A stretch of 64,000 nt of DNA from Adineta vaga. Its lineage: Eukaryota > Animalia > Rotifera. The DNA is taken from positions 3,348,001 through 3,412,000 of the forward strand of contig CP075494.1 in the NCBI GenBank assembly GCA_021613535.1. Direction: 5' to 3'. Shown here one piece after another: positions 11,189 through 23,992 of the stretch. Positions within the stretch are counted from its first letter, which is position 1; every line of letters starts with the position of its first letter. Both the position numbers and the translations under genes were made by a program. Below the pieces are notes generated by a model. That model made no database searches, had not been told where the DNA came from, and was given only the letters and a program-made list of their open reading frames with translations.

Positions 11189-12510
11189 CAATTGTACTGT
11201 TGAGTTCTATAAATACAAATATCAACAAATTTATCTATTAATTTATGAATAGAAAAAAAAGAAAAAGTTTACTCTAAAGAAGTAGCGGATATGAGAATGC
11301 ACATGTTTACTTCATCTTATTACTATCAGAACCAGCTCGATCAGAACAGTTACAATGACAAAACTATTATTATACTCACTCATTGAACGTTTTGAAACCT
11401 ATGCAATCTCAATCTATTCTATTAGATAGAGCTCAGAAAGCTGCATCGACTAACATTTATTGTTATCTAATATGCAAATAAGATCATAAAAATCCATAAG
11501 AAAAATACTTTTTTGATGATAGTTTGGTGCCAATCACTTTTATTCCATTATGAGATGAAATGTTAACTGTTTAAATGAATACAGTATGTTGAAAACGTGC
11601 TTATCGATTGCCAATCAAAAGTTTATATATTATAGAAGAAAAGCAACCAAATGTCAATATAGAAAAGGTCAGTATTGCAGAAAAGAACAAGAGTAAATTA
11701 CGATTAAATTCTATTGTACGATAAGTTAAGTTGTAATGCATATAGATAAGAATGATGGGATCGATTCGCCTTTTTTCAAACAGAGCCGAATTGATTTTAT
11801 TATTAAAATCTCTCTTATTTTGTGCCGTCAATCGTCGAAAATTATCGGAACCAAAAAATCTTTCATTTACATGTGTGATATTGCAATATCTTTGAACTAT
11901 ATAGAAGTGACTTACTTCATATTCGCCTTAACAGTATATATAGTCAATGTTGTAGAGGTTTCTAAAGTCTTTTTTATTGAGGATTTGGGTATCAGATACC
12001 TATCCTCATCTTCATCCTTATACATAAACATATGGAATAGTTTTGTAGCTAATTGAGAAACTAGTTTAGAGTTCATTTGAAATACTTGATAGACACAAAT
12101 TTTTGCCCAAAGATAATCGTAAATAGGTTCATTCTGATAATAATTGATCATTGATGTTTGAATCGTTAATGAAGAAAAAAATGAACCTTTTTTCTAATAT
12201 GAATTGAATTGATAATGAAAAGATTGAAAAAAATAATCATGTTTGATTACCATAAACCGAGTTTTCAATTGTACAGTTGAACTATGAAGAAATTATTCAA
12301 ATCGATTATTTAATTTAGAAGTAATTTATATTTAGTTTACAGATCATTTCTTCATTTCGATCGTAGATATTTATATATTCATCCTTACACAATAGACTAC
12401 ACAAATTGCCATAGACAAGTGAATCATTTTTCTAGTTTATTCAAAGAAAACAGAGTAAATAAGCATATAATGAATTTGTTCATGATTAAAATAAACTTTA
12501 AAAGTCATAA

Positions 12511-12636
12511 TCATTTATGATCTCTCTGAGAATGTCTACACGTTCCACATTCACTGTTTCCTGGCTATCAGTTCCACCATTTTTGACAATCACATTTTTC
12601 ACATTTACCATCGCCTTGTTCAATTTCTTCGGCCAT
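12511..12636 (-). pseudogene. Tiny Cys/His zinc-binding peptide ORF with two in-frame stops
   Basis: Reads MAEEIEQGDGKCEKCDCQKWWN**PGNSECGTCRHSQRDHK*, a CxxCxC...CxxCxH...H pattern. Confidence 0.45.
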
Positions 12637-13357
12637 GTTACTTTCTTCAAAAGATGTGTGCAATAATATTGAAAATTTCAATTGATTGAAACTTCGTTAC
12701 CTTTCGAAATAGTTTACAAACTACGATCGAAAAATACCTGCGATATTTATACACGTCTATAACTCACAAATACACCTACGTATACAAATCGAGAAAAACT
12801 CGTTTGCATATACTCATTTCTTCTATTTAACTTTCTGAGTTAGTGTGATTCTATCGTTAATTTGTAATCATAACCTGGACCTTGTAAAACTAATAAAAAA
12901 GAATTTTCCAACATACACAAAGCTCGATAAATAAATCAAATAAGAAAGCAGCCCTATGAATTTTTGAAATAAATTAAAGTTGGAAATAACCAACTCGAAT
13001 TACAAAGTTTATTGGTTGACAATCTGGAGAATGTGACACAATCCGAAAGTAAATTCAGTTTGACAAAAATGGTATCAGACCAATGTACCTAAATGAAGAA
13101 TTTATTCAAAAGTATCTCAATGTACTTCTGAGTTACAACAAACATACGAATTATAGAGTATGGAGAAACATCAAGCGCTATTAAAAAATGAGAAGAAAGA
13201 TGTAGCTATGATAATTAACTAAGCATGTCAGGTATTGCGTAGAATAACAGTGAACATTATATAGTGAACATCTTATATGCTATATACATCAGAAATGAGA
13301 AAAAGGGAAGAAACATCATTGCTATTGCAATACAAAGAAATTCGACAAACATTTTAG

Positions 13358-13440
13358 TTTGAGCTGAGTGAAGGTCTGGGTAAAATGTTATCCGTTTCAA
13401 CCTACATTCTTACCCACACCCACACACCCACACCCTCAAG
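13358..13440. repeat. Telomere-like inverted junction motif
   Basis: Degenerate G arm TTTGAGCTGAGTGAAGG; strong C arm ACCCACACCCACACACCCACACCCTCAAG at 13412-13440. Confidence 0.8.
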
Positions 13441-13999
13441 ACTTTGACTGCGAGAAAATATTGTCTCGTTTGTGCATTATTGAATAAATAGAATAAAATA
13501 TTCATCTACAAGAAATTTCAGTGTGTGATTAGAACAGGAATTTTAAATAAATGAAAAAGAAATAAAACTAACAAGTAAAAAAATCTCATCGTCTTTTCTT
13601 TTCCCAAACAATTATAATCGCAAAATGAACTGCGTAACAACATTTCACAAATACTATCAGTGATAAAAAACAACGATAACTTTTCTAAGCTGATAACATG
13701 AGAAACATTTTCGATATAAACTCCAATAAAAATAAAACACGAGCAAGAAAATGAAATCAAAGCAATTAGCTTCGATTCGCCATCAATGACAAAAGTTATT
13801 AATGAAGTAAAAATATAAACAATGTTATAAATTGTACAAGCACTTTTCAAATCTTTCTTTTATCATTGTTTCCAGAGATTGTTGTTTAACGAAGTTATCT
13901 ATAGTCTCACAACCCATATGGTAGACAGTCGAGACAATATGTTTCATCTTGGGTCATGTTTGAGAAAATGTTAAATAGTTTTTCTTCATTAATATCATT

Positions 14000-14330
14000 G
14001 TATAAATCGTATTGATCACCTGTGAGTAGACCTTGTCGCACTTCTCGTTCAGCAATTTGTGACAAAGACAATGATTCGTTTTCGCATATTTTCTCTTAAA
14101 TTTCGTATTTCTAACACAGCTGGATTTGGTAAATATGTGTTCACTTTGTTTCTTCGAAAATCACACAAATTCACCATTCAGATCTATATGTAAGATAATG
14201 TTGCCAGAACTTCATAGTTTTTGTTTTGTCGTCATCTTTCATTTGAAAATGACAGCCATCAATTGTTAACATAGTTTTGCGTTTATTTGACATTGTTTTA
14301 CTAATTGTAGGTTTCTTTCACGAAGATGAG
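14000..14330 (-). pseudogene. Decayed FLYWCH-like / Mutator-transposase-type fragment
   Basis: Broken frames read SNKRKTMLTIDGCHFQMK..KFW..LHIDLNGEF..EH..PNPAVLEIRNLRENMRKR, resembling a FLYWCH zinc-finger region. Confidence 0.4.
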
Positions 14331-14757
14331 GATGACGATGTGTCTCGTCAATCATAACGAAATCACTCGACGCCATTTAAGGATATTACAGCGTCATCTA
14401 TGTTTGATGCATACGCTTCGTTCGAAATTCTTTCAGTTTGGCGTAAAGGACATTCCTGAGGGTGAGGTTGAGTGTAAAACTTATTGATATGCTCAAAATT
14501 TTATATGATTTAACTTTAAAAGCATGTTTCCGAGGGAATGAATTGTGTTGTTAAAGTTCAAAGAAAAAACTAAGTTTTAAATTTCTTTTAATCATTTGTT
14601 GATCAAAAGAAAATGTATAAAAAGACATAGTGGCCATTGATCAAACAAATAAAAAATATAAATTAATCATCCGTGCATCTAATTAATTTTTTCTATTTTA
14701 GAAGTGTTACATCTGAAGAAAGGACATTTTCAAATCACATTTGAAAAGTTAAAGCAT

Positions 14758-15788
14758 ATGAAAATGTCGTCGTTAGCCTTCGCAGCACAGAAACTCTCAA
14801 TTTACATGGGTATATTTTCTTTAATCACTGGTATCATTGGTGGATTTCTCAATATAGTTGTTTTTCTTAGTTTGAAAACATTTCGACAAAGTTCATCAGC
14901 ATTTTATTTAATTATTATGTCAATGTCTAATCTTGGAATATTAATTAGTGGTCAATTAACTCGAATATTAATCAGTGGATATTCAATTGATTGGACACAA
15001 ACATCTTTATTTTATTGTAAATTTCGAATATGTTCAGTGCAAATATTTTCAAATGTTTCACTTATATGTTTGAGTTTAGCAACACTTGATCAGTATTTCT
15101 CAACAAGTTCGCGTCCACGATGGCAACAATGGAGTAATATTAAAGTTGCTCATCGGTTAACCATTATTGTCATTTTGCTTGCGTTAGTTTTCAATATTCC
15201 TTATGCAATCTACTATACACATATGGTTTTACCGACAACAGGTCAAATCACGTGTACAAACACAGATTACATTTTTCAACAATATATGATTTTTGTTTCC
15301 GCTATAACTTTGACAAGAATTTTACCGATTAGTTTAATAATCTTATTTGGAATGTTAGCTTATAAAAATATTCAACAATTAGCATATCGAACAATATCTT
15401 TGGTTCGACGTGAGTTAGATAAACAAATTACTATCATCGTTCTTGTACAGAGTATTATTACCTTTTTAACAATAACACCATATATTATTGTATATTGTCT
15501 TTTATTGATATTCGATACGAAAGATTATCCAACTGTTTCTGACAACTTACGACACGTGAATTCGATTACTTTTTCTATCTATTATCTGTATTTTGCAGTA
15601 AGTGTATTGCACTATATTTCAAATGTTTGAACAGGAGTGTTTTTTCTATTTAGAGCCCATTTTATATTTATTTCTGTACCTCCGCTCGATTTCGGCGACA
15701 ATTCAAACATGTTTTACTTGATATTCATCTCAATCGATGTCGTCGACGCACTATTCCGCTGAATCAAATAGCAGCGAAAACGAATTAA
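14758..15788 (+). CDS. Rhodopsin-like orphan GPCR, 2 exons (14758-15597, 15654-15788)
   Basis: GIIGGFLNIVVFLS, LATLDQY and CKFR motifs. Spliced TM7 reads YFA|SPFYIYFCTSARFRRQ across a 56-nt GT-AG intron. Confidence 0.88.
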
Positions 15789-16065
15789 TCGAAGTTTTTC
15801 TTTGATCTAGAGAGTGTAGGTAATTTTTATAAAACCTTCATAGCTTTACTCACGATGTCACATAGTTTTCATGATTTGGTTGTTTTTTAAAAGTCACGTA
15901 ATAAAAGCAAAGAGGCTTTTTGTTTGTTGCTTGCAAAGTATGGCAAATGAATTGCGCAGAATTTTTCTTAATATACCTTAAATATGTAATTTTTAAAAGC
16001 ACGATTTATCAGAATTTTTTACTTCGGAAAATTGTAATATAAACTTATCGAAACATCGCACAAAA

Positions 16066-16384
16066 GAGGGTGTGGGTCGATCATGAAAGATTTCCAATAA
16101 TTCACGTATTTCAATTTCTGTCTTCAATAATTCAATTGCACGATCAAATGCTTGTATAGCATCACTGATAGATGTTTGATTATTTTTAATATTAATATAA
16201 CATGGTACTGTATTGCAATGTGCAATGAAATCTTCTGAATCGATTTTCAAAGCTTCTTGTCTATTATCATACATCCCATCACTACATAGAGCATGAAAAC
16301 CAGCATAAATGAAATATTTTGGATGAAAAAGAAGTCGATCTTTTGCTTCAACTCGTTGAACTTCTTGAGGGTGTGGGTGTGAGT
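16066..16384 (-). pseudogene. About 290-bp coding fragment of unknown family, bracketed by two same-orientation telomere-like motifs
   Basis: Open frame EVQRVEAKDRLLFHPKYFIYAGFH...ELLEIFHD lies between CTTGAGGGTGTGGGTGTG (16364-16381) and GAGGGTGTGGGT (16066-16077). Confidence 0.55.
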
Positions 16385-16649
16385 TTCGAATAGACAGCGA
16401 AGTAATACACCCTACCATATCTTGTAACAAAAAAGATAAAACAATTGACTGATGTAATCAAGGAGACATCAAAGAAATTATCGACGGCGTAAACTTTCTT
16501 CGGACATGCATTGTTCTGTCAGATGAATCATCCGGTTAAAATGCAAATAAACTTTGCTGATAGTCATTGTTTCATTTTGATACATATAAATATCGTATGT
16601 CTCCATTGAACAATCAGAAATATCCTTTTCAATACAAAATTCATTTATT

Positions 16650-17142
16650 ATGGCAGTAAATAAAACCGAATGGAATCGTAAGTGAAATGTAGACTCTATA
16701 CTGATATGTCTTATGTGAATTTTCATTTAGAATCATTATTTGGTTGTATGGATGGTTGTAGTTCATGTTGTTACGGCTTTTGGTGTGAACCTTGTTTATT
16801 TGGTTCAAATGCAAATAAGATCGATGGTAGTAATTGTGTTTGTATGTGTTTAGCTTATACTTGTTTAGCGGAATGTTGCTTATGCTGGGTACTTCATTAT
16901 ATGAAACGGTGAAGTCTTCGAGATCAATATAATTTACGTGAAGATCCAAGTTGTGGTGATTGTTTAACAACATTTTGTTGTGGACCATGTGCTCTTTGTC
17001 AAGAAGCTCGTTTTCTTAAACAACAAGGTAAATCTCAATGAATGAATGAACTGTTTCTCTATTTATTTTCATTTAAGGTGAGCAAAAAGTCATGGTTGTT
17101 CCATATATCATTCAACCAACTGCTCCTCAAGGAAAATGGTAG
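16650..17142 (+). pseudogene. PLAC8/cornifelin-family Cys-rich gene, 3 exons, with one in-frame TGA at 16910-16912
   Basis: Reads W..SLFGCMD..SCCYGFWCEPCLFG ... [32 protein letters not shown]. Introns at 16678-16730 and 17028-17077. Confidence 0.82.
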
Positions 17143-18082
17143 TTCATTGTTTTATTTTTTTGATGTACATATTGATTGTATTTGAAAGATTGTCAATAAA
17201 TAAATGTTAGAAAGTTATTTCAGATAGTTGTAATAATCTAATTTAAGAATTAAAGAACTCTTTAAGACATCATGTGAGTGTTTACAAGGAATTTCTGTCG
17301 ATTTACGAAGAACATTCAATATTTCTTTATCTTTCGTCAAGTTATGATGAAAATGTATGTTGTTGATTTCTGAAAGTAAGTAATGATTTACTCCGACAAA
17401 AAAAACATACTTTTGATGTTCGTAACACTTCTTCAAAGTCAATTCTGCTCAAAACATACAAGATGTTGTAAGAGAGAGTTATCTTTCACCCTCTGTTGTT
17501 CCCTGATGTTTTTATTTTATTACTGTGTATAAATGCATACCATCGATTAAAACAAGATACTTGTTGATCATGTATGTCTGTTCGTTTTCTTTTTTTTCGA
17601 ATCTGTCGATGTTAAGGTAGAAGAAAGTTTGCCTTCTAGAAAATCTGTCGTATTATATATTAAAATAAGGTGTCCTTTTCTTTCCTATTCCATATTTGTA
17701 ATATCTATATTCATTGAAACCCATGTTGACTTCGTTGCTCTTTCGAAATAATACGTCGTTATTTTGGATATCATTGAGATATCTGCTGACTGGCTTATAT
17801 AGAACGATTAGGTTTATCTTTGATATGTTAGTGTTTATAGTGCAAGATGGGGAGTACTAGACTAGACTATCGGGTGAAAGCACTATTTTTTAGATCTAAA
17901 CACGATAAAATATCGAAAAAGGTTTCATCAAAAGCTCTCACTCTCAATCCTTCTAATTTGGGAAAGAAGAATCGATTTAACAATTCGTATTCACACTCAA
18001 AAGATATTCTATCCCTTTTATCAAAACCAAAGTCCAAGTATGACGTGTGAGATATCTTCTTGTTCTTTCTATTGATTAAATG

Positions 18083-18600
18083 CATAGATGCACTGTATTA
18101 CGAATACTCTGTATTCAAGCATTGCTTCTACTACTTCTTCTGATATCAAAACACGTAAGTCATTGTGACTTCTTCCGTCCATGATATATACATGTTCTTG
18201 TTACTTTAGCATGTGCTGCAACCTATTCGCAATCTTTTATGTATAAAACTATTCCAACGACACAATGCGCAGCATGGCAAGCATTCACATCTAGTTTGAC
18301 TTGCACGACATATAAACTCTTGGGTATCTATGGCTCGAATGATCCAATTGGTATTACTTTAACAGATCCTACCATTCTCACAGCAATCGCAATAGGTCTA
18401 CGTTATAATACTTCAATTGGTGCTGTTTCGAATGGAGTCAATTGTGGGAGTTGGTTCGTGTTGGTGGAATGTGCCGGGTGAGATAACTACAGTAGGAAGT
18501 ATTTGTTCTAATTCTTATGGTTACACAATCAGACCATGTGTGGTTTATGCGCGGGCTATTGGGGTGGTATTCAATCACAATCATTTTATTCTGCGAACCA
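18083..18600 (+). pseudogene. Small secreted Cys/Thr-rich protein gene, frameshifted
   Basis: Exon after the AG near 18209 reads CAATYSQSF..QCAAWQAF..GSNDPIG, and continues in another frame as GEITTVGSICSNSYGYTIRPC. Confidence 0.45.
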
Positions 18601-18919
18601 GACAATGTCTTTATATTTCGAATAAATACAATCTAAACACTTTTTTTTATATAAACTATATCTTTTTTCAGACTTTCCGTCTCGCTTTATTTTCTTGATA
18701 TTTCTATAGTGAAGAAAAATAAATATAAAAAAATCAAAATCTAACATCGAATGACTATTTTCACTCCTCATCGTAGTGGTACGACATCTAAACAAAATGA
18801 TTCAGAATACTTTTCTTTCATATAATATTTTGATTGGCCACATAGATTTATTCCCATTCATACTGTGTAGTCATTGTTATGAAAAACTTTCACATATTAT
18901 TTCATCGATTTCGACCAAC

Positions 18920-20682
18920 ATGTCGGCACTTTTTGAAAGATTGCCGACCGAATTATTGTATCAAATTTTCGATAATCTCGATGTTGAAACAATTGTCGTT
19001 TCGTTAAGACAAGTATGTCGATTGTTTCGTTCAGTTATTCAAACTTACAATCGTTACATATTCGATTTTCAATGGGTTTCGAAATCAAATTTGAATCTTA
19101 TTTGTCGAATAATTCGTCCTAAGAATGTCATATCATTGATACTAACCAATGATAAAACACCTGGTCTGGTAGATTTCTTTCTTTCGCTGGTTCGAATTTC
19201 TCGATTTACTCGACTTCAGTCTCTTATTCTTCGAGATATTGATGAACCTCATGTGGTCAGCATTTTAACACGAATAAAAGTTGATCGACTTAACTCATTT
19301 GTAATAAAAATAGAAAAATATGATCAACGACGGAAAATGACAACTGTCAAATTTATCAATTCCATTATTTCCCAATCAAATCTTCAAAAACTTGACTTAC
19401 AAATAGAAAGGGATAGATTTGATTTAATACAATGGCTCGAAAAAAGTGTTCTTCGTGATTTATCAACTAATGGTAATATGACTTGGAATAATTTATGCAC
19501 AATTATGCGATGTTCTTCACAATTACGAGCACTCACACTACGACGAGTATTGCCATTTATAGATGGTAAGAACAATTCCATATGTTTCGTTCAATTGACT
19601 TCGCTAACGATTGATCAAATGCATACAAATATCGGTGAACTTGAATCTTTTCTTTTGTTCACTCCATCACTTCTTCATCTGAAAATGATTGGCGTTATAA
19701 ATATTCTTGATGGAACAAGATGGGAACAATTTATTCAAATACATTTACCAATGCTGAATAAATTCGAAATTTTTCTATGGACAAATACAACACTGCATCA
19801 AAATCTTCAAGACATTGAATCAATCATTAAACCATTCCGATCTTTATTTTGGATTAAACATATAAATTGTTTTTTTACATGCGAATATGAAATTGAGTCT
19901 TCCAAAAAAATATATCTCTATTCATTACCAATTTGTCGAACACGAATGGAATATATACCATCGTCACAGAGAATGTCACTTTCCACTTCGACTTCTGATT
20001 TATCAAGAATGAACAATGTGAAGAATGTGAGTTTAACAATGACAAAAGCTTTGGCTGATGAGATAATAGAAAAAGTATGTGATAATAAGATGTATTGTTA
20101 CGGAAGTAATGATACTACAATACGTCTTTTTAGGAAACAAATCCTGTGTTTTGTAAAGCGACTAAACTGTTTGTTGATCTGGCTGACGACTGGCCATTTA
20201 TTTCTCTCAACTATCTTTCAGTTCTTATCGATCTTTCACATCTTGTTGAAATTGATTTTAATAGCTGTTCTCCGATCATATTGAATACAAATGTATTATT
20301 TGATATTATTACTTTAATTCAACAAGCACCTAATCTTTCGTCTCTCTTGATTGGTCAACATTTTGCCTATGGATACGGATTGAGTACGGAGGATATTTGT
20401 TGTATTATTTCGCGTCAGATCAAACACTTACAAGTACCTGTTAGTGATTTAAATGATATAAAAGTTGTCTTTGAACGATGTAATCATTTATCAAGTATTC
20501 AATTCAATATTCGTCAAAGAAAATTTTCGAAAGAGATTGTCCGATGGATAATCGATAATGCGACCGATTCAACATATCGAACAGATCCCAATTTTGTTAA
20601 AGTATGGGTTGGAAAGAATAAGATCGAATCAAATGAACTCAATGTCGGATCTAAAAGAATTAAATTAAGTGAACACTGTTAA
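18920..20682 (+). CDS. F-box / LRR-like protein, 2 exons (18920-20074, 20134-20682)
   Basis: N-terminal F-box (FERLPTELLYQIFDNL...LRQVCRLFRSVI) followed by LxxLxL repeats; a 59-nt intron joins the ORFs in frame. Confidence 0.85.
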
Positions 20683-21015
20683 AGTATTTTTATTTCTTAT
20701 GATTTTTATTAAAATAAACTCGAAACGACAGGAGATTCGTCATCTGATGAGGAATGATCCCCAACTGAAAAATCGCTTTACAGCTCGGACTCTATGCACC
20801 AAGTAGACCCCAATGAATTATGAAACAAAGATCGACTACTCCGAAAGTATTAAAATCGATAAATCATTTACAATGTAATATTATCACTCTAAATAATCCA
20901 TGTTTTATCTGTTTCTATTTTTTACTTCAGAATGTGCATCTCAGTAAGAATGGCACTTCACCATTCTCACCATCATCTTTTTCAATTTCATTCTCTTCGT
21001 TGCATTTATTTTAAA

Positions 21016-22101
21016 TTAAAAAACAAAAAAACTCCATTCAATAGGACGAATTTCTGGATAAATTTGTGTTTGTTTTATGATCTTCATTGTATCGAATTCC
21101 ACTTGAATAATCCAAGCGTTTTTTTCGGTAGTTAGTAAATTGCTCAATGTCATAAAGAATATCACTTGACGAGTTGATTCATCGAAGCTAGCTTGCAAAT
21201 TGCTCACACTCCAAAGTGGTGGTGCTTGAACAAATGATCTCTCTTGATGAAATTCACCTGTATGAGGATTCATATAAAGCATAACTATTCCTGTAAGAAT
21301 ATCATTAGTATCCCATATTACAAATGCACGTTTTGTTTTCATATCATATATCATTGAAAGGAGCATACCATGTTTGAGTATTGGATGATAAGCAGTAACA
21401 ATATTTTCACTTTTTCCAACAAGATTTAAATCCATTTTCATATAATATACAGGATTATGGCTTTCAAGGCCCACTCGAATGTCAACAAGCCAATTCTCAT
21501 CTGGATCAAATATTGATGCTCTAGGAGGATATCCATATTGTGATCTAGTTAGTTGTGTATATACTTGTACAAGATTTAATGTTGTTGTATTATACTCTTC
21601 AATAACAATCAGGGATATATTAACTTCACGTGAACCAAAAAGTCGTTGGCGACGTGGATCGTAATGTAAATAATCAAAATGTGAACTATTTAAGATCCAT
21701 AGACTCTGTATATACGTTTTTGTTGGAATATTATATCTAAACAGATGTAATGGTGTCCCAAAATCATTAGATTGTAGAGCTGTAATGATTGTTGATTGAT
21801 TCTGGTCTATAACAGCAACGGGACCTGGAGTAAACCAATGTACATCTGTGTGATTATCTGGAGGAAGATAGAAAGAAAAATTTGCATAAAAGTGAAGTGT
21901 TAACGATTGAAGATCAAATGTATCGATGGTGCCACCGTATGGCGGTCTATTAGATATACAAAGAGAAATATATAAAAAAAACCAATGTACACATATTTAT
22001 TGAATTCTATACCCTCGACTTATTAGCTGAATTGCAAAATATGAAGTTGATGATGCTAAAGCAATATTTTGAAATAATAAAAGAATAAATAAGACAAACA
22101 T
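21016..22101 (-). CDS. Secreted protein of unknown function (possible beta-propeller), 2 exons
   Basis: Signal peptide MFVLFILLLFQNIALA, a short intron near 21950-22012, and an open frame continuing into the 21016-21474 ORF. Confidence 0.65.
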
Positions 22102-22322
22102 TATAACGAATTTTTGAATAAAATGACGAATGTTTTTTTTTCATTTCATTTTATACATGTTCTTGTTCTATATCTCTTTCAACTCGAAAATCTTATCATC
22201 TAAGTTGATGACAGACACTTTTTTATTTGATAAGATCTTCTCATTCTCTGCGTGATGGTTTCATTTTAAATTGTTAAATATATGGTATGCTCTGCTCAAT
22301 ATTTTTCCGACAAGATATACAT

Positions 22323-22398
22323 TTGAGGTTGCGGGTGTGGATGTGGGCATTTGTGTTAAAACATCACCCCTCTCACACCCACACCTTCACCCGCAAGA
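22323..22398. repeat. Telomere-like inverted junction motif
   Basis: TTGAGGTTGCGGGTGTGGATGTGGG ... CTCACACCCACACCTTCACCCGCAAG. Confidence 0.75.
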
Positions 22399-23041
22399 GT
22401 GGATTTGAATATAGAAAATATCAGAACTAATTTCAAAATCTTACAAAATGATTTAATAATTTTCGAAAGAAATGTCATAGATAATCAATCGATCTTTTCA
22501 ACTAGAAATGTGATTAAGTCGTAGAAAATAATTGACATGCTTGATTTGCTGTTTACAATTTAAAGTAAGCTAAGAATAAAATTGTTCTTTAACAAAAAAT
22601 TAAAATATTTCATTTTGATAATTATATTCCAAATCGGATTAATCAAACTCTATTCAACACTATCGTCAGTTAATTTCTTTCTCATGAATAAGGATTTAAA
22701 GAAAAGATTATTAATAATCGAACATCTCGCACTAAAATCTGCATCTTTCAGTGGTGGGATAAATCCAAAACATAAGAAGAAGTTATATAAATAAGTTTTC
22801 TACGGGAAGGTAAAGTTTTTCTTCGTATTATATTTCTTGAATACATTCTAATGCGATGTTTTTATTTGTTCTAGTAAGTGAAATTTTCATAAACATTTCA
22901 TTTCTATATCTTGTTCATAGATTTTACTTATTCCTAGTTTTTCTCAATTAAATATGAATAAAGGAGGTAAATTTCCAACTTCTTTGTTTGTTTTTTTGAT
23001 AAAAAATTGTTACAATATAGAATTAACTTGGAAGTTACCTT

Positions 23042-23249
23042 TGGGATCATCTTTCAAATGAAAGCAAATCTGATAGAATTATAAAAATCGATGTTACTGG
23101 TGAAATACTGTCGACAACATATTCAACGTTGACATATATTCCAAATACAAAACTTTCTCTTTTTCATCTTTGGCTACGTGATGAAAAAGGTCATTCTGTT
23201 GTTGATTTTCCATCTAATCTTTTTAAAGATTTTCTTTGTCAACTTCGTT
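23042..23249 (+). pseudogene. BTB/POZ (KCTD / T1-type) domain fragment ending at the junction motif
   Basis: Reads RIIKIDVTGEILSTTYSTLTYIPNTKLSLF..RDEKGHSVVDFPSNLFKDFLCQLR, then immediately TTGAGGGTG. Confidence 0.7.
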
Positions 23250-23369
23250 TTGAGGGTGTTATGTGGTGTGGTGTGGAGTGAGGATGTGAGGGTGCAAATG
23301 AGGGTATATCTTCTTCACTCACATCTACACGCTCACCCATAAGTTCACCCACACCCACCCTCAAGATGG
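23250..23369. repeat. Telomere-like inverted junction motif (long copy)
   Basis: TTGAGGGTGTTATGTGGTGTGGTGTGG...GAGGGTG ... CACCCACACCCACCCTCAAGATGG. Confidence 0.85.
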
Positions 23370-23370
23370 T

Positions 23371-23751
23371 TGGTTTACAATTAAAGAACATGGAATGCAT
23401 AAATTAGTTCAATCAATTAAAAATAATTGTGATCAAGCACAATATTTAGCATATCTTTTATCAAAATATGAATTTATTCATGTATTTACTCCAGTTTCAT
23501 TAAATACTGACAATTTTTTATTAAAACCAATTGAATTAAAAGATCTCGATGAGGAAGAACTATGTTTATTCAATGATAAAACTGTTAATGACTTACAAGA
23601 CAAAGGAATTGCTGTTCCATCGAGAACTAGAATTTACAATCGACGTTTTTTTAAAATTCGTATTACAAATCATCGAAACGACTTTATCGGATTTTCAATT
23701 TTTTTGTTTCTTCTCTTATTGATTTATGTTAATGGAGAATTTCTTCTATGA
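23371..23751 (+). pseudogene. C-terminal fragment of a group II PLP-dependent decarboxylase
   Basis: Reads WFTIKEHGMHKL..SIKNNCDQAQYLA...PVSLN..F...KGIAVPSRTRI...IRITNHR. The whole N-terminal and PLP-lysine region is missing; the fragment starts right after the motif. Confidence 0.75.
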
Positions 23752-23992
23752 ATAAATTATTTTACTTATTTCAATGCTCGAGTTTTGGTTGTTTCAAAGT
23801 CCGTTTCTACCCGCTTAAAAAGAATATGACTCCGTTTCGATACAGCATATGTAGGGCGATAGGGTGACTATGTGAGTGTAAATTTAATTGATATATAAAT
23901 ATGCTACTGCCGCCCTCACCCTGACCTTCACTCATTTCTAAGAAAAGAACTGCATACCCACCGGATCATTGTGAAAGTTCTCGTTTGTAGTG

